64,000 nucleotides of DNA from a virus. The notes under the pieces were generated by a model. The model did not search any database and was not told the DNA's origin. It was given only the letters and a program-made list of their open reading frames with translations. Position 1 is the first letter of the stretch, and every line of letters begins with the position of its first letter. Made by a program: the position numbers and the translations under genes. Below are positions 43,731 to 52,656 of this stretch, piece after piece. The DNA is taken from positions 1-64,000 of the IMG/VR virus record IMGVR_UViG_3300019132_000012, one strand, 5' to 3'.

Positions 43731-44431
43731 CACGCGGCCTCCTTCCTCGGGTAGTCCCAGTTGTAGAGAATGATGGGCGGCTGATCGTCCATGTAGATCG
43801 TCAGCACGGCATCGGTTTCGATGTACGAGACGCCGCGTCCGGCCGTGCCGGGAACCGGTGTCGTCGGACGGTGAATCATGCGGGTCGGGCCGTTCCATTC
43901 CACCTTGCGGCAGAAGATGACGTCGTTGGCCCAGTCGGTGCCGACCGAACGCACCGCGATGACCGGATCTTTGCGGCCGGTCTTGCGGTTGTTGATGAGG
44001 ATCGGCGCCTGGATGTGGATGACCCATTTGCCCATGATGTGCTTGTTCATCATCGACTTGCGCACCTGGCCCTCGCGGCACAGGACCGAGGTCGGCTCGC
44101 CGTCGCGCCAGCATGTGATGGGGCCATCGGTCTCGACCCAGTTCTGGATCTCGGTGCCGGGGATCTTCTGGAAATCGTAGTGGACGAAGCGCGAGGGGCC
44201 GTCCCAGGCCAGCTCGCGGGCCACGACAGGATTGTCCATGTCGTTGAGGTCGCGGACCATCACCACCTGGTTGTGGTGGTTGTTCTCGCGGTTGGAGAGG
44301 ATGGTCTTCACATCGACGTGGATCAGGAAATCGCCACGGATGGGCGCGGTCATCAGGCCGGACAGAGGCTCGATGCCGCTGGAGAGGTCGAGGCCTCGCA
44401 CGTCGTATCTGGCGCGGTGTTCAGCGGGCAT
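43730..44431 (-). CDS. Hypothetical protein (233 aa)
   Basis: Long ORF with normal composition. Confidence 0.65.
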   Translation of the reverse strand: MPAEHRARYDVRGLDLSSGIEPLSGLMTAPIRGDFLIHVDVKTILSNRENNHHNQVVMVRDLNDMDNPVVARELAWDGPSRFVHYDFQKIPGTEIQNWVETDGPITCWRDGEPTSVLCREGQVRKSMMNKHIMGKWVIHIQAPILINNRKTGRKDPVIAVRSVGTDWANDVIFCRKVEWNGPTRMIHRPTTPVPGTAGRGVSYIETDAVLTIYMDDQPPIILYNWDYPRKEAA

Positions 44432-44464
44432 GGGTGCTCCCTTTCTTGAGCTGGCGTGAGGGGG

Positions 44465-44494
44465 AGACCCGCCCCCTGAGTTGAGGGCGGGTCT
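44465..44494 (-). terminator. Intergenic 10-bp hairpin (possible terminator or processing site; no clear U-tract on the gene strand)
   Basis: agacccgccc-cctgagttga-gggcgggtct. Confidence 0.4.
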
Positions 44495-44500
44495 TGTTCG

Positions 44501-46483
44501 TTAGCGCCGGATGTTCTTGTCCAGGGCGTAGTAGCGGGTGGATCCGTCGTCGGGCTGGAAGAGGATCTTCGAGCGGGCGTGGTCGCGGATCTTCACCACC
44601 TTGCCGTAGCGGGTGCCGACGTGTTTCTTGTAGAAGCCGACACGATCACCGACCTTGTAGGTGTAGCCGTTGATCCAGGCCTCCTTCTGCGGCGGATACT
44701 TATCGTTGTCGTCCGCATCCGGCTCGGCATCGTCCTGGTCGTGCTTCTTCTTCGGGATGGTGACCGGGAAGGCGGTCACGAACACGAAGCTGTCATCGTC
44801 GAAGTAGGCATCCCGCGCCGCCTCCTCGCTCGTGAAGGCATCCTCTTCGGAGAAGAACAGCGTGTCGTTGCTCTTGTCCATCAGCAGGCGGCCATAGACC
44901 ACGTCCGGCAGGTCGGCGAAGGGGTCGGGCTCCAGGCCAGCGGGGAACACGTTTTTCAGCGTGTAGTCGCCGGAATACGAGTCGCCGTCCTCGTCGAACT
45001 GCTCGGGACGCTCCTCGCCATACACGGTGACGATCACCAGGTACGGGTAGGAGTTGCCGGTGAGCTTGGTCACGAAGCGGGCAGGCTCGTCGTCCTCCGT
45101 CACGACGACGTAGTTGTAGTCGATCTTGCCCGTTTTCAGCTCGGGGTCGTAGGGCTTGCCGGTCGCCGTCTCGGGTGCGGCATCGCCCTCGGTCGTGGCC
45201 TCTTCGACCACGACCGCCACCGGCTCGGGCCGGACGCTGGCCGGATAGACGGACCAGCGACGTCCGTTGTCCTCACGCTCCAGAACCCACCAGCGCGAGC
45301 CGCCGCCCATGTCGACGAGCTTGCCGATGACGCGGTCCACCTCGTGGTCCGAGTGGTCGGTGCCGGAGACCCGGTCGCCGAGCTTGAACGAGACCGTCGC
45401 CTCGGCCTTCTTTTCATGGCGGACGGTCTTTTTCCAGACCCACCACTCGTCGCCTTCCCAGCCCTCGCTGTCACGGACCAGGATGAACTTCTCCTTGTCG
45501 CCGTGACGTTCGAGGGCCTTGATCGTGCCGGTGACGCGACCGAATTCAGGGTCGTGGCTGTCGTCGGTGCCGCTGACGTAGTCGCCAACCTTGAACACGA
45601 CCTCTTCCTTCCTGAGCGAGGCGACATAGACCTCGTAGCCGCGCTCGCCGCCCTCGACATCGATCTGGGCGATGCCGGGAGTGCGCTTGCCGATGCTGAC
45701 GATCACGCCGACCTTGCGGTCCCTCTCAGGATCGCTGTAGGCAGAACCGCTCACCCGGTCGCCGATCTTGAACGCAGGAGCTTCTTCCGGCAGCAGCGTC
45801 TCGGAATAGACGTTTCGCCGGGTGCCGTTGTCCTCGACGATGTAGGCCGAGTAGCCGTCGTCGGAGTCGAGCGTGCCCGTCACGCGGGAGCTAGCGTCGT
45901 ATACATCGGTCTGGGCGCTCGCCCGCTCGCCGACCTTCGGCTTGGCCGGGGCGGCTTCGAGAGTCTTGGTGAGGACTTCGACGGTGCCGCCTGTTCGATG
46001 GTTGATGATCGTGGTGTTGGTGAGGCCGATGGCCTGGATGACGCCCCAGCGTTTGCGACCGTACCGATCCTCGCCCGACACGCGGTCGCCGACCTTGACG
46101 CTCAGACCGGCCGGAGCCTCTTCCTTGCGCAGCGACTTGACGTAGACGAACCAGGAACGGCCATCGGGCAGGGTGAGGTAGGCGCGGGCACCGTCGATGC
46201 TCTTGATCGTGCCGGTGACGCGGCCCTTCTCGTTGTCCCACTCGTTGTCGGTGCCGGACACCACATCGCCGATCTTGAACGTGGTCTCGGAGCGCAGGGT
46301 GTCGAACCACACCCCGGTGCGCAGGCCGTTGTCCTCGATCACATAGGCGATGTCGCCGATGCCGTTGGTGCCGTCGTACTTGCCGGTCTTGCGGCTGTCC
46401 TCGCGGCCTCTCATGGTGAGACCCGAGACGCGGTCACCCTTGTTGAACGAGGTGACGCCAGCAACCTTGTTGAGATCGTCCAT
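44501..46483 (-). CDS. Repeat protein: seven N-terminal plus one C-terminal SH3/Tudor/KOW-like modules (660 aa)
   Basis: Recurring FK[IVL]GD[RY]VSG-(8-12 aa)-GRVTGTI...Y.V....L..EE about every 60-70 aa. A different acidic middle domain. The last module is YKVGDRVGFYKKHVGTRYGKVVKI. Confidence 0.7.
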   Translation of the reverse strand: MDDLNKVAGVTSFNKGDRVSGLTMRGREDSRKTGKYDGTNGIGDIAYVIEDNGLRTGVWFDTLRSETTFKIGDVVSGTDNEWDNEKGRVTGTIKSIDGARAYLTLPDGRSWFVYVKSLRKEEAPAGLSVKVGDRVSGEDRYGRKRWGVIQAIGLTNTTIINHRTGGTVEVLTKTLEAAPAKPKVGERASAQTDVYDASSRVTGTLDSDDGYSAYIVEDNGTRRNVYSETLLPEEAPAFKIGDRVSGSAYSDPERDRKVGVIVSIGKRTPGIAQIDVEGGERGYEVYVASLRKEEVVFKVGDYVSGTDDSHDPEFGRVTGTIKALERHGDKEKFILVRDSEGWEGDEWWVWKKTVRHEKKAEATVSFKLGDRVSGTDHSDHEVDRVIGKLVDMGGGSRWWVLEREDNGRRWSVYPASVRPEPVAVVVEEATTEGDAAPETATGKPYDPELKTGKIDYNYVVVTEDDEPARFVTKLTGNSYPYLVIVTVYGEERPEQFDEDGDSYSGDYTLKNVFPAGLEPDPFADLPDVVYGRLLMDKSNDTLFFSEEDAFTSEEAARDAYFDDDSFVFVTAFPVTIPKKKHDQDDAEPDADDNDKYPPQKEAWINGYTYKVGDRVGFYKKHVGTRYGKVVKIRDHARSKILFQPDDGSTRYYALDKNIRR

Positions 46484-46511
46484 TTGCTTTCTCCTTTGCG
46501 TTGGACGTTAT

Positions 46512-46530
46512 CGCTTGCATTCAAGCGAAT
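46512..46530 (-). promoter_or_regulatory. Motif copy
   Basis: cgcttgcattcaagcgaat. Confidence 0.45.
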
Positions 46531-46544
46531 GAGGTGAGACGAAT

Positions 46545-47351
46545 TCACCAGCCGAAGCTGGTGCCGAAGCGCAGCGGGATGCGGACGCCCCAGTAGAACA
46601 GCAGGAAGGCACCGCCGCCGATGAAGCCGCAGGACGCGATGGTCGCCGCGTTGCGGTGCATCCAGCCGAGCAGGCGACCGCCCCAGGTGACGAGGCCGAG
46701 GATGATGAGGGTCACGATCAGCATGTTGCCGATGGACTGGAGGGCGAAGGTCATCGCGCCATAGGCCGGATCGCCGGTCGAGACCGCATACTCGAACATC
46801 TTGCGGAACAGCGGGAACGGGCGGCCGATCAGGAAGGCGCCGAGCACCAGGCCCATGGTGAACGGGGCCGGGACGATGCGGCGGATGCCCCAGTAGACCA
46901 TGAGGCTACCGATCAGAACGTAGACCACCGTGGCCTGAGCGAGACGGCCCTGGTAGAACCCGAGCACCGGCTCGTTGTTGATGACCGGGAGCATCGGCCC
47001 AGCCAGCACGCCGAGCGAGCCGTACAGAATTGAGACGAGGAGGGCTCCGGCCAACATCGAGCCGAGGGGCTGGAGGACGGCGAGAGGGGAAGGCGCACGC
47101 CCAGCTACCGGGGCGACGCAGCTGACCACACATACATTGCATGCGGTAAACGTTCCTGCGATGCCCGTCACGAAGGCGAACAGGGCACCGGCCAACAGGC
47201 TGGTGATGGGGGCGGCCTTGGCGTCGTAGCCGAGCAGGCCGTTGGCGACGTTGTCGCCGATGACGGAATCGACGAAATGGAACGACCAGATCGCCGCGAC
47301 GAAGACGCCCACGAGAGCGGGCAGGCCAATGGTTCGTAGGCTCAGGGACAT
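46545..47351 (-). CDS. Polytopic inner-membrane protein (about 7 TM) with intramembrane CNVCVVSC
   Basis: Start MSLSLRTIG lies 7 nt after GGAGAG. Hydrophobic throughout. Confidence 0.65.
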   Translation of the reverse strand: MSLSLRTIGLPALVGVFVAAIWSFHFVDSVIGDNVANGLLGYDAKAAPITSLLAGALFAFVTGIAGTFTACNVCVVSCVAPVAGRAPSPLAVLQPLGSMLAGALLVSILYGSLGVLAGPMLPVINNEPVLGFYQGRLAQATVVYVLIGSLMVYWGIRRIVPAPFTMGLVLGAFLIGRPFPLFRKMFEYAVSTGDPAYGAMTFALQSIGNMLIVTLIILGLVTWGGRLLGWMHRNAATIASCGFIGGGAFLLFYWGVRIPLRFGTSFGW

Positions 47352-47369
47352 CGCAAATCTCTCCTTTTC

Positions 47370-47400
47370 GATTTGCATTGGTTAAGTTGAATTCAAGCGC
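47370..47400 (-). promoter_or_regulatory. Motif cluster
   Basis: gatttgcattggttaagttgaattcaagcgc. Confidence 0.45.
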
Positions 47401-47526
47401 ATGGCAAGACAAATCTCCACCATACGGGGGAGCGGCAGACCCATGCTTGTGGATGGGAAAGGGTGACCAGCCCTTCGTTTCCGCCGCTCTCCGGTATGGG
47501 ATCGGCGAGACCTTGACGACCTCGCC

Positions 47527-47550
47527 GATTTGCATTAGCACTAATGGCAG
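47527..47550 (-). promoter_or_regulatory. Variant motif shared with 60251-60290
   Basis: gatttgcattagcactaatggcag versus gatttgcattaaaacaaatggcag. Confidence 0.35.
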
Positions 47551-47551
47551 A

Positions 47552-47701
47552 CTAGCCTTTTTCTGCTTCAATCAGCTTGAGCAGAACCTTGGCGCAGAGC
47601 CGATAGACCTGGCCCAGGTCGGGGTTGTCGGCGACGGATTGGAGCCAGGAGCGGACAATCGCCCGCTCCCGCTCCTTTTTCAGATCGACCACCTCGGGCA
47701 T
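47552..47701 (-). CDS. Small protein (49 aa)
   Basis: MPEVVDLKKERERAIVRSWLQSVADNPDLGQVYRLCAKVLLKLIEAEKG. The ATG lies 1 nt after the upstream stop. Below the track cutoff. Confidence 0.4.
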   Translation of the reverse strand: MPEVVDLKKERERAIVRSWLQSVADNPDLGQVYRLCAKVLLKLIEAEKG

Positions 47702-47702
47702 G

Positions 47703-49313
47703 TTAGTCCCAACGGTCGATGTGGTACCAGGCGACGCCGGTATCCGTGGTGACGCGGATCTTGTTCGCCGTGGCCCGGTTGCCGTTGCCGACCATCACGC
47801 CGTTGGCCGTGCCCTCGTCCTTGCCCTCGATGGACTTGGATCGGTTGTAGGCCTCGACGACCGAGCGAACCGGGTGCAGCTCGCTCTTGAGGATCTCCGG
47901 GAACAGGCACAGCTGCGGATCGCGCCGGTCCTTGGCCCCTTCGAGGATCAGGATCGCGCCCGTCCCCTGGTGTTCGAGCGGCTTCTCGCCCCACAGGTTG
48001 GGCTTGAGCATGATGCCGGTCACGTTGACCCAGGTGCCGGACCGCAGGTTCCAGTCGGACGGGGCCGATCCGTTGCTGTAGAAGTACCAGGAGAACGGAT
48101 TGCGGTTCTCGTGGCTGTCCCACTGGATGATCGGCGGGGCGTCCGCATGAACCGCCGTCACGACGCCGCAGAAGGCCATCGACGAGGCCATGTACAGCTC
48201 GATCTTGCGGGCATTCGGCAGCACCGTCTTGGCAAACTTGGCCCAGGTGATGTTGACCTCACTGCCATCGGACAGGGCCGGAGACGGACTCTTGCCCTTC
48301 GGGGCCAGGTGACCGAACATGCCGCCCTCGGGCTGCTTCCGGCCGGTGACCTTGACCGCCGTGGGCGTCCAGATCGTCTGGACCTCCTCCAGGCGAGCGA
48401 ACCGGCGCTCGAAGGCCGGGGCGATGCCCATCTCCTCGACGAGCTTCTCAGCCTGCCGGATCGCACCCGACGTGGGGGCGGCCTGCGGGCGCTGATACTG
48501 CAGCGGGTTCATCTTGGACTTGAACCGGGCGGCGACCGCCGTGGTGTCCATGCCCGCAGCCAGATCTTCGAGCAGGGTGCCGACCATCGAGGAGCGCGGC
48601 GTCGCGAACCCGACCGGCGCCTTGGCCACGGCCAGCCACACCAGGTTGTTCGCCTGGGCGCCCCGCGCCTTGGCCCGCGCCAGGTGCAGATCGTGCAGGA
48701 ACTTGGCCGGACCGATCACCTTCTCGGAGCGGTAGAGGCTCTCGGACTGGAGCAGGGTGAGCGCCTGGCCCACGACCTCGACCGAGAAGTCGGACAGGCC
48801 GTGCGACAGGGTGCCGTAATCCTGTTTCTTCTGCGCCATCATCTGGCCTGCGGTCATCACGCCCTTGCGGTGCAGGATGGTCTGCGGCGGCCGGATCGCG
48901 AAGTGGGTGAAGCCACCGGCTTCGGGCGTGCCCCAGGTCAGGTCGGACGACAGGAACACGCCGGTCACGCGGCCTCGGGCCACGGCCTTGGCCATCGACG
49001 CGGCCCCGGCCTGATAGAGATCCGGGATGCTGTCGCCGCCCCACACCGCCGAGGACTGGTGGCCGTGCTCGTCGATGGAGACGAGGTTGCCGAAGCGGCG
49101 GATAAAGCTGCGGCAGGCATGGCAGTTGTGATACTGGATCTGATCGGCCGGGAAGCTGCCGAGGTAGTGGTCGTAGAGATCATCGCTCGTCTCGACCGTG
49201 AACAGGTACGGCGACTGGGCGATGGCGGCATCGAAATGTCGCTGAACCGAGGCGGCGAAGGCATCGAACACGGCATCGACGGGATGGGTGTGCGCGGCGG
49301 TGCTGGTCAGCAT
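47703..49313 (-). CDS. Hypothetical protein (536 aa)
   Basis: Long ORF with normal composition. The longer plus-strand ORF is shadow sequence. Confidence 0.7.
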   Translation of the reverse strand: MLTSTAAHTHPVDAVFDAFAASVQRHFDAAIAQSPYLFTVETSDDLYDHYLGSFPADQIQYHNCHACRSFIRRFGNLVSIDEHGHQSSAVWGGDSIPDLYQAGAASMAKAVARGRVTGVFLSSDLTWGTPEAGGFTHFAIRPPQTILHRKGVMTAGQMMAQKKQDYGTLSHGLSDFSVEVVGQALTLLQSESLYRSEKVIGPAKFLHDLHLARAKARGAQANNLVWLAVAKAPVGFATPRSSMVGTLLEDLAAGMDTTAVAARFKSKMNPLQYQRPQAAPTSGAIRQAEKLVEEMGIAPAFERRFARLEEVQTIWTPTAVKVTGRKQPEGGMFGHLAPKGKSPSPALSDGSEVNITWAKFAKTVLPNARKIELYMASSMAFCGVVTAVHADAPPIIQWDSHENRNPFSWYFYSNGSAPSDWNLRSGTWVNVTGIMLKPNLWGEKPLEHQGTGAILILEGAKDRRDPQLCLFPEILKSELHPVRSVVEAYNRSKSIEGKDEGTANGVMVGNGNRATANKIRVTTDTGVAWYHIDRWD

Positions 49314-49339
49314 AAAGGACTCCTTTGGTTATGCTGGCT

Positions 49340-49648
49340 TCAGGCAAAGACCGGCCGATGGGCGGCGCGGTCCTTCTTGTTCCTCCTGCGGGGGTGCAGG
49401 GTGTTGTCGGGAGGAGGCAGGGGCAGATCATCGAGATCCTCGATGGGCCCCAGGTTGATGAGCCAGTCCGCAGCCGACCGATATGCCTGACCGTGGCCGA
49501 TCTGGATTTTTGCGGTGAGTTGATCGCCGATTGCGACAGACTTCGCGGTAGCTTGTCCGGCCGCCTGGGCTTCCAACATAAGGTTTCGAATGAAACGTCT
49601 GCGTAGACGTTCGGCGAATTCAATCATTGGCAGATGACTGTTCATCAT
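49340..49648 (-). CDS. Hypothetical protein (102 aa)
   Basis: ORF; start may be the second ATG. Confidence 0.5.
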   Translation of the reverse strand: MMNSHLPMIEFAERLRRRFIRNLMLEAQAAGQATAKSVAIGDQLTAKIQIGHGQAYRSAADWLINLGPIEDLDDLPLPPPDNTLHPRRRNKKDRAAHRPVFA

Positions 49649-49735
49649 TTTACTCTCTCGATTTCTATCTGTTCTTATGGAGGTTCCGAAATCATGGTGA
49701 CATCCTTGTCAGACCTGCGAGGAACATTGGGAGGA

Positions 49736-49781
49736 TGAAAACCCTCCATGCCGCCCAACATGACTGCTGGGCGGTGAGGAA
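49736..49781 (-). terminator. Rho-independent terminator, copy 1 of a duplicated element
   Basis: Gene sense CCTCACCGCCCA-N10-TGGGCGGCATGGAGG then GUUUU; starts at the stop codon of 49785..50579. Confidence 0.6.
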
Positions 49782-49784
49782 AGC

Positions 49785-50579
49785 TCACAATGCTTGGAGA
49801 ACCGGCTTGGTCTCGGCGATGACCTGGACGATCTTGGCCTGATCCCAGGATTCGAGGAGGGCCTTGCCGTAGCTGAAGGCTTCCGACTTCGGATCCACGA
49901 CGTCCCAGCCCTTCTGGAACTGGTGCGAGATATTCCAGTTGCTGTCGCCATCATCGCGGTAGATGACGAGGTAGACCGGCGACTTCTCCGACTGCGGATG
50001 GACGGGGCGGTTCTGATACTGTTCGTGACCGGCCGCGATCAGGCCCTCGACATAGTCCTTGGCCTCTTTCAGACCCATGCCATAGGCTTCGCGGGCAGTC
50101 TTGATCGCCTCGATGAGCTGGCCGGTGTGGATCTGCACCCGGATCTTGTTGGCGTATTCCAGATGCTTCCGACTCGCCTCCGTGCGGGCCTCGGCGACGA
50201 GCGCGTCCCGGACCTCTTGCGGGATGAGCGGACGTTTGGCGAGATGATCCTCGACCGCATTCTTGGCGTCGATCAGGCTGGCGCCGGTCAGGGTGCGGTA
50301 GTGCTTGATCGTCTCGATCTTACGGTCGCCCGCAATCGCAGTCGCGATCAGGGCATCGACGGTCTCACGATTGCTCTGCCTGAACTCCTCGACGCCGATG
50401 TTCTTGCCGTGCCGGACATTGTGGTCATCGCGGTCGCGGATTGCGTCGACGGCGCGACCACGAACACCATCATCGATCATGTTTTCGATGGTGCTAATGA
50501 AGGAGCTGGCCTCGACAAGACTGGGATTGGCCAGCTTGGCATCAGATTCGACGGCGGCGGAAGAAGTCATCATACCCAT
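49785..50579 (-). CDS. Protein with two ribosomal L7/L12 C-terminal-domain-like modules (264 aa)
   Basis: KIETIKHYRTLTGASLIDAKNAVE and IEAIKTAREAYGMGLKEAKDYVE, compared with the bL12 CTD [24 protein letters not shown]. Start MGMMTSS after AAGGAG. Confidence 0.65.
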   Translation of the reverse strand: MGMMTSSAAVESDAKLANPSLVEASSFISTIENMIDDGVRGRAVDAIRDRDDHNVRHGKNIGVEEFRQSNRETVDALIATAIAGDRKIETIKHYRTLTGASLIDAKNAVEDHLAKRPLIPQEVRDALVAEARTEASRKHLEYANKIRVQIHTGQLIEAIKTAREAYGMGLKEAKDYVEGLIAAGHEQYQNRPVHPQSEKSPVYLVIYRDDGDSNWNISHQFQKGWDVVDPKSEAFSYGKALLESWDQAKIVQVIAETKPVLQAL

Positions 50580-50606
50580 AGCGCTCTCCTTTGCTGGGTG
50601 TTGACG

Positions 50607-50654
50607 AGGAAAAGCCCTCAATGCCGCCCACCAGTGACGATGGGCGGTGAGGAA
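50607..50654 (-). terminator. Rho-independent terminator, copy 2 of the duplicated element
   Basis: Gene sense CCTCACCGCCCA-N10-TGGGCGGCATTGAGG then GCUUUUCC; starts at the stop codon of the ProQ-like gene. Confidence 0.6.
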
Positions 50655-50657
50655 GGC

Positions 50658-51002
50658 TCAGGCGGCTTGCTTGAGAGGCTCGCGGCGCTTGCGCTTCTGC
50701 TCGCTCATGGCCCGTAACCGCTCTTTGGCGTGGTCGGCCTGTTCCGGCGTCACGATCCCGGCCGGATGGCCGTCGATGCCGTAGCGGTACTGACCGGCGA
50801 CGAGCGTCTTCAGGTAGAGCGGACCGCTGGTGTAGTTGTGCAGCGCGGACCGGATGCGCTTGCGGGAGATATCCGGCATCAGCCGGAACAGCTCCTTGTC
50901 GATGCCGATGGCGAGCGGGATCTTGAGCCTGCCCTTGCCCATGAAGAGATTCGGGAAGCGCTCGACCAGGAGGCGTCTGACGACTTCGCTGTCGTGTTCC
51001 AT
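50658..51002 (-). CDS. ProQ/FinO-domain RNA-binding protein (114 aa)
   Basis: LVERFPNLF...PLAIGIDKELF...SRKRIRSALHNYTSGPLYLKTLVAGQYRYGIDGHPAGIVTPEQADHAKERL follows the ProQ/FinO N-terminal domain pattern. Confidence 0.65.
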   Translation of the reverse strand: MEHDSEVVRRLLVERFPNLFMGKGRLKIPLAIGIDKELFRLMPDISRKRIRSALHNYTSGPLYLKTLVAGQYRYGIDGHPAGIVTPEQADHAKERLRAMSEQKRKRREPLKQAA

Positions 51003-51045
51003 TTGCATTTGCTCCTTTCAGCAGCAGCGGCGTTTGAATTCGTGC
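50999..51045 (-). promoter_or_regulatory. Motif cluster
   Basis: ccatttgcatttgc...gtttgaattcgtgc. Confidence 0.45.
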
Positions 51046-51413
51046 TCACGGCGACGCATGGCGAAGCCGATCATGACGATGGTATAGAGGCTCGCGGCCC
51101 CGGCCCCAACGCCGGACAGGATGGCGCCGAGGAAGACGTAGCACACAAGGTTGATGGCGGTGAGCAGGCCGCCGAGAACGATCCATTCCTCCAGGCCGGT
51201 GAGCTGCTGGATCCATCCCTTGCGCTCGGGCCAGTAGAGGAACAGCTCGATGGCCGCGATCCAGGGCCACAACAGGACGGCTGTGAGGATCGTCAGGACG
51301 TTGACGAGCCGGTCGTATCGCGGATTCCAGACGTATCCGTCCTGCTGAATGAACCAATACAGGCACAGGCCGCCGCAGCCGAGATAAAGCAGGAAGTAAC
51401 TCAGGATTTCCAT
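51018..51413 (-). CDS. Membrane protein (131 aa, about 4 TM)
   Basis: Internal start MEILSYFLLYLGCGGL. Confidence 0.55.
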   Translation of the reverse strand: MEILSYFLLYLGCGGLCLYWFIQQDGYVWNPRYDRLVNVLTILTAVLLWPWIAAIELFLYWPERKGWIQQLTGLEEWIVLGGLLTAINLVCYVFLGAILSGVGAGAASLYTIVMIGFAMRRREHEFKRRCC

Positions 51414-51415
51414 GG

Positions 51416-51589
51416 TCAGTCCTTCAGTTTCAGGGGGCCGCCGTACAGTCTGTACCCTTGGCCGCCGTAGTGTTGCTGGATGTAGGCCCGCATCTTGCAG
51501 AGGGCCCCGTTTACGGTCTCGTCCTGGGCCTGCACCCATTTGAGGCGACCGCTTTTGCGCTTCTTGAACGCAGCCTCAAACACGGCCAT
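51416..51589 (-). CDS. Small basic protein (57 aa)
   Basis: MAVFEAAFKKRKSGRLKWVQAQDETVNGALCKMRAYIQQHYGGQGYRLYGGPLKLKD; tightly packed between neighbours. Below the track cutoff. Confidence 0.4.
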   Translation of the reverse strand: MAVFEAAFKKRKSGRLKWVQAQDETVNGALCKMRAYIQQHYGGQGYRLYGGPLKLKD

Positions 51590-51590
51590 G

Positions 51591-51821
51591 TCAGGTCTCC
51601 TGACTGGCCAGGCGCAGCAGGGCGCGGATCGCGCCGCCGCGAGAACGGTAATTCACCGGATGGCCACCCCTTGCGATGTCGTGGATGTTGAAGCTGCCGT
51701 CCTTCTGCTTGAAGGCGAGGCCGACAACCTTTCCGTTCCAGGGATCAGGGACCACGGCACGGAACCCGCCGAACTGGTCTTCCTCGATCTTGGCGCCGTT
51801 TCGCTCGATGATCACGTTCAT
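51591..51821 (-). CDS. Hypothetical protein (76 aa)
   Basis: ORF in the operon. Confidence 0.5.
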   Translation of the reverse strand: MNVIIERNGAKIEEDQFGGFRAVVPDPWNGKVVGLAFKQKDGSFNIHDIARGGHPVNYRSRGGAIRALLRLASQET

Positions 51822-51825
51822 GACT

Positions 51826-52074
51826 CTAGCCCTCGTAATCTTTGACCGTCACATCGCCGGTACGACCGGCGAGCAGTCGGGCATTGCCGACAGCTGCGGC
51901 CTTGCTGCTGAAGGTGCCGAGTGGGGTGATCGTGCCGTCCGCATGGAAACGCTCGGTCTTCCAGTTCCGGCCGGTCTTGATCACGTTGTATTGCGGGCGC
52001 TTGCGAGCCGCCTGCATCTGCGCCCATGAGCGGGCATAGTGAGTGATCGGCTTGCCGTCTGATCTCGATCCCAT
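51826..52074 (-). CDS. Hypothetical protein (82 aa)
   Basis: Internal start MGSRSDGKPI. Confidence 0.5.
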   Translation of the reverse strand: MGSRSDGKPITHYARSWAQMQAARKRPQYNVIKTGRNWKTERFHADGTITPLGTFSSKAAAVGNARLLAGRTGDVTVKDYEG

Positions 52075-52075
52075 G

Positions 52076-52318
52076 TCACATTCCTTCCACGAGTGAGGCT
52101 TCCCACTCTTCAAGCGGGGTGCCCATGGATTGCTTGAGCTGGATTGCGATGACGGTTTCAGCCATGCTCGGCTCGTCATCTGCGGTTTGCACCGGATCGC
52201 CGATCCGTTGGTAGATCGAAACCTTAGCCCGCTTGTGGTGACGGGCGTGGTCGCGGGCTCCTATCTCCGTTGCGAAGCGCTTGTGGCAGGCGCCGCACAT
52301 GAAGGGTTTGTCTTTCAT
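52076..52318 (-). CDS. C2H2-like zinc-finger small protein (80 aa)
   Basis: CGACHKRFATEIGARDHARHH. Confidence 0.5.
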   Translation of the reverse strand: MKDKPFMCGACHKRFATEIGARDHARHHKRAKVSIYQRIGDPVQTADDEPSMAETVIAIQLKQSMGTPLEEWEASLVEGM

Positions 52319-52470
52319 CAGACGTCCCCGTTCGTGATCGAGATGATGTCGCTGTCCGAGTAGCCCTTGCGGGTCAGTTCCGAGATGGCCAGGACATAGC
52401 TGCGAGCCAGGATCTCGATGACGCGAGAGCCACCGGCTGTCATGCGGACAAGGGCGATGTAGGTGTTCAC
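52318..52470 (-). CDS. Small protein (50 aa, GTG start)
   Basis: (V)NTYIALVRMTAGGSRVIEILARSYVLAISELTRKGYSDSDIISITNGDV. TAGGAG lies 7 nt upstream. TGATG coupling downstream. Confidence 0.4.
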   Translation of the reverse strand: MNTYIALVRMTAGGSRVIEILARSYVLAISELTRKGYSDSDIISITNGDV

Positions 52471-52480
52471 GCGGGTGCTC

Positions 52481-52615
52481 CTATCTCACGCCCGCAAGGG
52501 CGATCTGGATGCGGTCGAGTCCGTCGAGGAACTCCCCGATGGGCAGGGCGGTCAGGACGGCGGCCAGGCAGGCGAGGCCGAGGCCCAGGCACACGAGGGT
52601 TTCAGCGAGCCGCAT
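52481..52615 (-). CDS. Small membrane peptide (44 aa)
   Basis: MRLAETLVCLGLGLACLAAVLTALPIGEFLDGLDRIQIALAGVR; GGAGG lies 7 nt upstream. Confidence 0.45.
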   Translation of the reverse strand: MRLAETLVCLGLGLACLAAVLTALPIGEFLDGLDRIQIALAGVR

Positions 52616-52656
52616 GGCGCGGCCTCCGAATCTCGATCAAACGGATCTCACGCTTT

